64,000 nt of DNA from Acidobacteriota bacterium (GTDB taxonomy: Bacteria; Acidobacteriota; UBA6911; RPQK01; G965248645). The position numbers and the translations under genes are program-made. Below the pieces are notes generated by a model. The model searched no databases and was not told the DNA's origin. It worked only from the letters and a program-made list of their open reading frames with translations. The stretch covers positions 219,522 through 283,521 of the forward strand of contig OZ252113.1 in NCBI GenBank assembly GCA_965248645.1. The letters run 5' to 3'. Shown in pieces: positions 59,580 to 64,000 of this stretch; positions within the stretch are counted from its first letter, which is position 1, and every line of letters begins with the position of its first letter.

Positions 59580-60304
59580 GGCAGATCAGTTGAGCACGGG
59601 TCGCTCCTAGTGGGCGACTCGCTTCCAGGACCGCGATGATGGGTCTGTAACCACACGTGGAAATGTTGCAGCGGTGCACCACTTCGCATAGTCCTCGGCT
59701 GTTCAGGCGGAGGATCATCTCTAGTGCGAGGTTGGTCTTTCTCTGCGTTTGATTCAGCAGATTCGTAGTGATTCATGTTCGAGCTGGCGACCAACAATAC
59801 CGGTTTTGGTGTCTGCGAAATGACCTTTGTCAGGGTGGCTTCCAACTCAATCAGGCGCTAATAGTCGTGTATTCTCAAGGCCAGGGGAACAAATTGAAAG
59901 TCGTTTTCGAGGAAGTACTGAATAAAAGGTAGATGAACTTCTAAGGCGTGCTCTTGGCGATGGGCCGCAGGGTTTTCCCGAACCTGTTTACACATTCGAC
60001 AAATCTCTCTGGCCAGAACGGAATCCAGTGTCACCCGGCCAATGGAGTTTCCCAGAACTCATCGGAAACAATTGAAAGAGGAGTATCTAGGTCAAGGTGG
60101 TTGGGCCCCAGCAAGATAAATCGTCGAGGAAACTTTACCGTAGCATCCGCCAAGTTTCCCGAGTAGCTATACCCGGCGCGGGGTATCATTATCCCTTGGG
60201 AAGAAGATGAATTGGATCTGTGGGATGTGCCGTTTTAGTGAAGCTAGTAGCTTTCCTGGTTTCGCTGGATAAAATCTCCCAGCGACGGTTTCCCTCCGGA
60301 TCAT
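59580..60304 (-). pseudogene. Memo-like protein (AmmeMemoRadiSam system protein B) remnant with frameshift and in-frame stops. Its ATG overlaps the grpE stop.
   Basis: The minus-strand ATG at 60304-60302 overlaps the grpE TGA (ATGA). MIRRETVAGRFYPAKPGKLL (Memo start AVAGSFYP.DP..L), then in another frame GIMIPRAGYSYSGNLADATVKFPRRFILLGPNHLDLDTPLSIVSDEFWETPLAG, TGA, HW...RFVECVNRFGKTLRPIAKSTP, TAG. These are collinear with MEMO1 (PHAGY.YSG..AA.AY.......R.FILGPSHH.......LS....W.TPLG). Confidence 0.5.
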
Positions 60305-60930
60305 TGATTACCAGGACGAGTCGTTGGTTTTCTTTTCACCCTCAAGCGATATTGGTTAACGCGAACTCGAGCAGGTCGGATGAGATGGTCTGAATAACGG
60401 TAACCCTGCTGGAGGACTTCTGCGACCTGCTGGTCGAGATTCGGATCTTCTACGTCCATGATCTCCACGGCTTCAGCCTCATGAGGGCTAAAGGGTTTAT
60501 TCGCTACATCGATTGGTTCAACTCCGAGCGATTTCAATTTACTCAAAAACAATTCCAGATTGAGTTTCACTCCCTCCTGTAGAATCTCCAGTTTGGGCGT
60601 CGTTTCAGTTGCCTGGAGTGCACGCTCGAGGTTATCGATAACGTCCAGGAGCTCGCGAAAAAGGCTCAGCTTATCTTGTTCCAAGAGCTTTTTCATTTCT
60701 TTGGTGATTCGATTTCGAAAAGCTTTATTTTCTTTGTCGAGCTGTTGGATCTTTTCCCTTAATTTCTGTTCTGCCAGCTCGGTGCGTGCTTTTAGTTCCT
60801 CCACATACGAGGGGTAACGTTTAGAAGGGACGACTGCCTGGTCAAGAGCGTTGTCCTCTTCAACCCAGAATCGGCGGTCCGCAACTTGAAAATTGGATTG
60901 GTCTTTACTGGTTGCTGAGGTCTGTTTCAT
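60301..60930 (-). CDS. grpE: Nucleotide exchange factor GrpE
   Basis: 209 aa. Coiled-coil N-terminal half, and C-terminal G.RY.D...RPARVRV. Confidence 0.85.
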   Translation of the reverse strand: MKQTSATSKDQSNFQVADRRFWVEEDNALDQAVVPSKRYPSYVEELKARTELAEQKLREKIQQLDKENKAFRNRITKEMKKLLEQDKLSLFRELLDVIDNLERALQATETTPKLEILQEGVKLNLELFLSKLKSLGVEPIDVANKPFSPHEAEAVEIMDVEDPNLDQQVAEVLQQGYRYSDHLIRPARVRVNQYRLRVKRKPTTRPGNQ

Positions 60931-61251
60931 GCGTTTTCCATTTTGCTCCGATTGTAGGGGACTTCTAGTCGTGTTCCCTGCAGTAGGCCCATTCTAGCAT
61001 TGCGGTGGCGATTGAAAAAGCTTGAGATGGGGCCGTGTCCCCACCCGTGCCGGATCTTACCACCGGGAAACCCTTCTCGTCGCCTGGGTGCTGTGTCAGC
61101 TAGCCGGAAGGACCATCCCCATCGTCAGCACATGCAGGAGGACTCGCGGGTCCTCCTCGATGGCCAAATGAGATAATCCGTAGGGGCCGGAGTTGAAAGA
61201 AAGGGAAGGGTTAATGTTGGCACAGCTTAGGCTCAGCTAGCCTGTATTTAC

Positions 61252-61281
61252 TTGTCAAGGTCAAGAATCGATCATATAAAA
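61252..61281 (+). promoter_or_regulatory. Candidate sigma70-type promoter for clpB (TTGTCA-N17-TATAAA)
   Basis: cTTGTCAaggtcaagaatcgatcaTATAAAaatt, about 125 nt upstream of clpB. A similar TTGACAAGGTTAGG motif recurs at 61300-61313. No CIRCE element found. Confidence 0.3.
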
Positions 61282-61406
61282 ATTATGAGGAGATTTTGGT
61301 TGACAAGGTTAGGGAGTCACGATGGGAATCGTTTTGTTAAGATTGCCAACAAGCTACTTGACCGGTTAGATGAGTCAGAGAGGGGTCATAATCGAGAGGG
61401 AGGATC

Positions 61407-64000
61407 ATGGACTTGAATCGATTTACAGAAAAGATGCGGGATGGTCTTAGCGCTGCCCAATCTAAAGCACTGCGTTTCAGTCACCAACAGGTCGAACCGG
61501 AGCATCTGTTGCTTAGCCTTTTGGAACAGGATGGAGGGTTGGCGGTTTCAATTTTGAACAAGGCGGGAATCAATTTGGACAGTCTACGACAGAAGATCGA
61601 AGAGAAATTAGACCGTCTCCCCCACATTTCCGGACCTTCTGGGGCGCCTGAGCAGATCTATACTACCTCTCGTCTCAACCAAATACTCATTCAGGCTGAG
61701 ACGGAGGCTGAAAAGCTTAAGGACGACTATGTCTCAGTGGAACACGTCTTGCTAGCTATGATCGATGACAAAGGTTTGGTGGGACGGATTTTTAGAGAGC
61801 TAGGAATGACACGAGAACGGCTTTTGCAGGTTCTTCGTGAGGTTCGAGGCAGCCACCGAGTGACGTCGCCCAATCCCGAAGCCACGTATGAGGCTCTGGA
61901 GAAATATGGCCGCGATCTGACTCGACTGAGCAGGCAGGGTAAGCTTGACCCTGTCATCGGTCGTGACGACGAAATTCGTCGCCTCACACAAGTGCTCTCA
62001 AGGCGTACCAAAAACAATCCGGTTCTGATCGGAGAGCCCGGCGTGGGTAAGACCGCTATTGCCGAGGGCCTAGCCCAGCGCATCGTGCGTGGAGATGTCC
62101 CAGAAGGGCTGAAGAACAGGCGTCTAGTTGCTCTCGATATAGGGGCTCTGGTCGCCGGGGCCAAGTACCGTGGTGAGTTTGAAGAGCGCCTCAAGGCAGT
62201 TCTCAAGGAAGTACAGGACTCCAGTGGGGAAATCATCCTTTTCATTGACGAACTGCATACTGTAGTGGGTGCCGGAAGGGCCGAGGGTGCGATCGATGCG
62301 GGTAACCTTCTCAAGCCGATGTTGGCTCGTGGAGAGCTCCACTGTGTGGGTGCCACAACTTTGGATGAATTCCGGAAGCACGTGGAGAAGGACGCAGCTT
62401 TGGAGAGGCGATTTCAACCCGTACTGGTCGACCAGCCATCGGTAGAGGAGACAGTCTCGATTTTGCGTGGTCTCAAGGATCGCTACGAGGTTCATCACGG
62501 TGTCAGAATTACGGATTCGGCCCTGGTGGCGGCCTCTGCGCTTTCCAACCGCTACATCAGCGATCGTTTTCTACCCGATAAAGCAATTGATTTAGTGGAT
62601 GAGGCGGCGGCGAAGTTGAGAACAGAAATCGATTCGATGCCGGTAGAGTTGGACGAAATTTTGAGACGTGTCATGCAGTTGGAGGTTGAGCGGGAAGCAC
62701 TTAAGAAAGAAAAGGACGCCGCATCTCAAGAGCGTTTAGCCAAGCTGGAAAAAGAGCTGGCAGATGACAAGGCGCAAGCGGATGCTCTAAAAGCGCAGTG
62801 GCAGACTGAGAAGGAAGCCGTTCAGCAATTGCGTTTCACTCGTGAACGGATTGAGCAAACCAAGATTGAAATCGAGCAGGCCGAACGGGAGTACGACCTG
62901 AATCGAGTTGCCAAACTGCGGTATGGGAGATTAGCTGAGTTGGAGCGCAAGCTTGAGGCTGAGCAGCAGCGGCTAAGTAAGAAGCAGGGGGAGATCCACC
63001 TTTTGAAGGAAGAAGTGGGAGAGGAGGATATCGCCGAAGTGGTCAGCCGCTGGATCGGAATTCCCGTCTCTAAACTTCTCGAAGGAGAAATACAAAAACT
63101 GTTGAATCTGGAAGAAGAACTGCATCGGCGAGTGGTGGGTCAGGACGAGGCCGTAACTGCGGTGGCGGAAGCGATAATCCGGGCCCGCTCGGGGTTGAAG
63201 GACCCCAATCGGCCGATCGGTAGTTTCATATTTTTGGGTCCTACGGGGGTGGGTAAGACTGAGTTGGCGCGAGCGTTGGCCCAGTTTCTGTTCGACGATG
63301 AGCAAGCCATGATTCGGATAGACATGTCCGAATTCCAGGAGAAGCATACAGTGTCCCGGCTTCTGGGTGCACCTCCAGGCTATGTTGGCTACGAAGAGGG
63401 AGGACAATTGACTGAAGCCGTCCGACGACGCCCCTATTCAGTCATTCTTTTCGACGAAATCGAAAAGGCTCACTTTGACGTCTTCAATGTGATGCTTCAG
63501 ATGCTGGATGATGGGCGTCTTACCGATGGGCACGGCCGGCTGGTGGATTTTAGAAACAGCATTGCGATCATGACATCAAACATCGGGAGTTATCGGATCC
63601 TCGAATATCGGGGGGCCTTCCAAGGTGAGGGTTACGAGGGAATGAAGCGAGCGGTGCTGGAAGAAATGCACCGGCATTTCCGCCCCGAGTTCTTGAATCG
63701 ACTTGACGAAGTCATTGTCTTTCATGCTCTTTCCGAGGAACATTTAAAAGAAATTGTCCAGATCCAACTGGGTTGGTTGCAGGCTCTCCTTCTGGAGCGT
63801 AATATCCAGATCCAGCTGACCGAGGCCGCTTGTGGGCACCTGGTTCACGTGGGCTACGACCCGAAGTATGGTGTCCGGCCTTTGAAGCGGGCGATTCAAA
63901 AGAAGCTCCAGAATCCTCTGGGGAGATTGATGCTTCAAGGCCAAGTACGCGATGGAAAGAAAGTCTGCGTGGATTACGATCCCACTGCTAGGGAGTTGAT
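61407..64000 (+). CDS. clpB: Chaperone ClpB (AAA+ disaggregase), 3' partial. The gene runs off the window edge.
   Basis: [22 protein letters not shown]...[12 protein letters not shown] (Clp_N), NBD1 Walker [19 protein letters not shown], the long coiled-coil middle domain, and NBD2 [15 protein letters not shown]. Missing from the ORF track because no stop occurs before position 64000. Confidence 0.9.
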   Translation, partial: MDLNRFTEKMRDGLSAAQSKALRFSHQQVEPEHLLLSLLEQDGGLAVSILNKAGINLDSLRQKIEEKLDRLPHISGPSGAPEQIYTTSRLNQILIQAETEAEKLKDDYVSVEHVLLAMIDDKGLVGRIFRELGMTRERLLQVLREVRGSHRVTSPNPEATYEALEKYGRDLTRLSRQGKLDPVIGRDDEIRRLTQVLSRRTKNNPVLIGEPGVGKTAIAEGLAQRIVRGDVPEGLKNRRLVALDIGALVAGAKYRGEFEERLKAVLKEVQDSSGEIILFIDELHTVVGAGRAEGAIDAGNLLKPMLARGELHCVGATTLDEFRKHVEKDAALERRFQPVLVDQPSVEETVSILRGLKDRYEVHHGVRITDSALVAASALSNRYISDRFLPDKAIDLVDEAAAKLRTEIDSMPVELDEILRRVMQLEVEREALKKEKDAASQERLAKLEKELADDKAQADALKAQWQTEKEAVQQLRFTRERIEQTKIEIEQAEREYDLNRVAKLRYGRLAELERKLEAEQQRLSKKQGEIHLLKEEVGEEDIAEVVSRWIGIPVSKLLEGEIQKLLNLEEELHRRVVGQDEAVTAVAEAIIRARSGLKDPNRPIGSFIFLGPTGVGKTELARALAQFLFDDEQAMIRIDMSEFQEKHTVSRLLGAPPGYVGYEEGGQLTEAVRRRPYSVILFDEIEKAHFDVFNVMLQMLDDGRLTDGHGRLVDFRNSIAIMTSNIGSYRILEYRGAFQGEGYEGMKRAVLEEMHRHFRPEFLNRLDEVIVFHALSEEHLKEIVQIQLGWLQALLLERNIQIQLTEAACGHLVHVGYDPKYGVRPLKRAIQKKLQNPLGRLMLQGQVRDGKKVCVDYDPTAREL

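Noticed and set aside
61218-61233. TGGCAC sequence upstream of clpB that could be a sigma-54 -24 element
   Set aside because: The -12 position reads AGGC, not TTGC. No enhancer-binding-protein gene nearby.
60931-61406. Search for CIRCE (TTAGCACTC-N9-GAGTGCTAA) or HAIR elements between grpE and clpB
   Set aside because: No match found by eye. Only a sigma70-like promoter and the TTGWCAAGGT repeats.
61727-62356. 209-aa minus-strand ORF (and several others up to 63944)
   Set aside because: Antisense to the strongly conserved clpB coding frame. The ORF track lacks clpB only because the gene has no stop inside the window.
1-64000. Stop-codon reassignment, selenocysteine or pyrrolysine as the explanation for in-frame TGA/TAG/TAA
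   Set aside because: All three codons terminate clearly complete genes in the same window (prs TAA, rplY TGA, and others). The affected proteins are not known seleno- or Pyl-proteins. Frameshifts co-occur in the same genes.
1-64000. CRISPR arrays, cas genes, retron or reverse-transcriptase genes, and toxin-antitoxin or other defence islands
   Set aside because: No regularly spaced direct repeats and no recognisable defence-protein signatures in any frame. The only nuclease-like gene is a solitary HNH.

Overview
This 64-kb window is a bacterial chromosomal segment with about 50-55% GC, dense in genes and mostly housekeeping. It carries MEP-pathway genes (ispE, ispD, ispF, dxr), prs, pth, rplY, the rpsF-rpsR-rplI block (no ssb/priB between them, so not enterobacterial), dnaB, a K+/H+ pyrophosphatase, uvrC, pgsA, aroDE, thrB, lpxC, an AmiC-like amidase, rph, rdgB, lexA, dtd, rseP, cdsA, uppS, truA, yebC, ruvC, grpE and clpB (3' partial), plus a 5' partial ileS at the left edge. 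I cannot assign the lineage from sequence alone. YacL (PIN/TRAM), GerMN, DciA and the PPase point to a non-proteobacterial or deep-branching Gram-negative phylum.

The most unusual signal is gene decay. At least seven loci look like good homologs of known families but are interrupted by in-frame TAA, TAG or TGA codons and/or frameshifts: a 5'-nucleotidase-like gene, yacL, a suhB-like remnant, AMMECR1, an IS1595-family transposase, apgM, and a Memo-like gene. Essential genes are all intact. Both the AMMECR1 and the Memo halves of the AmmeMemoRadiSam system are decayed, at separate loci.

There is also an accessory block: hydantoinase A/B, a DadA-like FAD oxidoreductase and an SDR (which contains an in-frame 9-bp tandem repeat), followed by a dead IS element with about 50-bp terminal inverted repeats and a class IV aminotransferase. 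Other points of note are a fused RsbW-like kinase/STAS antagonist, an ATP-cone 2-phosphoglycerate-kinase-like gene beside the dead apgM, a candidate LexA operator, and two ORF-free tracts of about 0.9 kb each.
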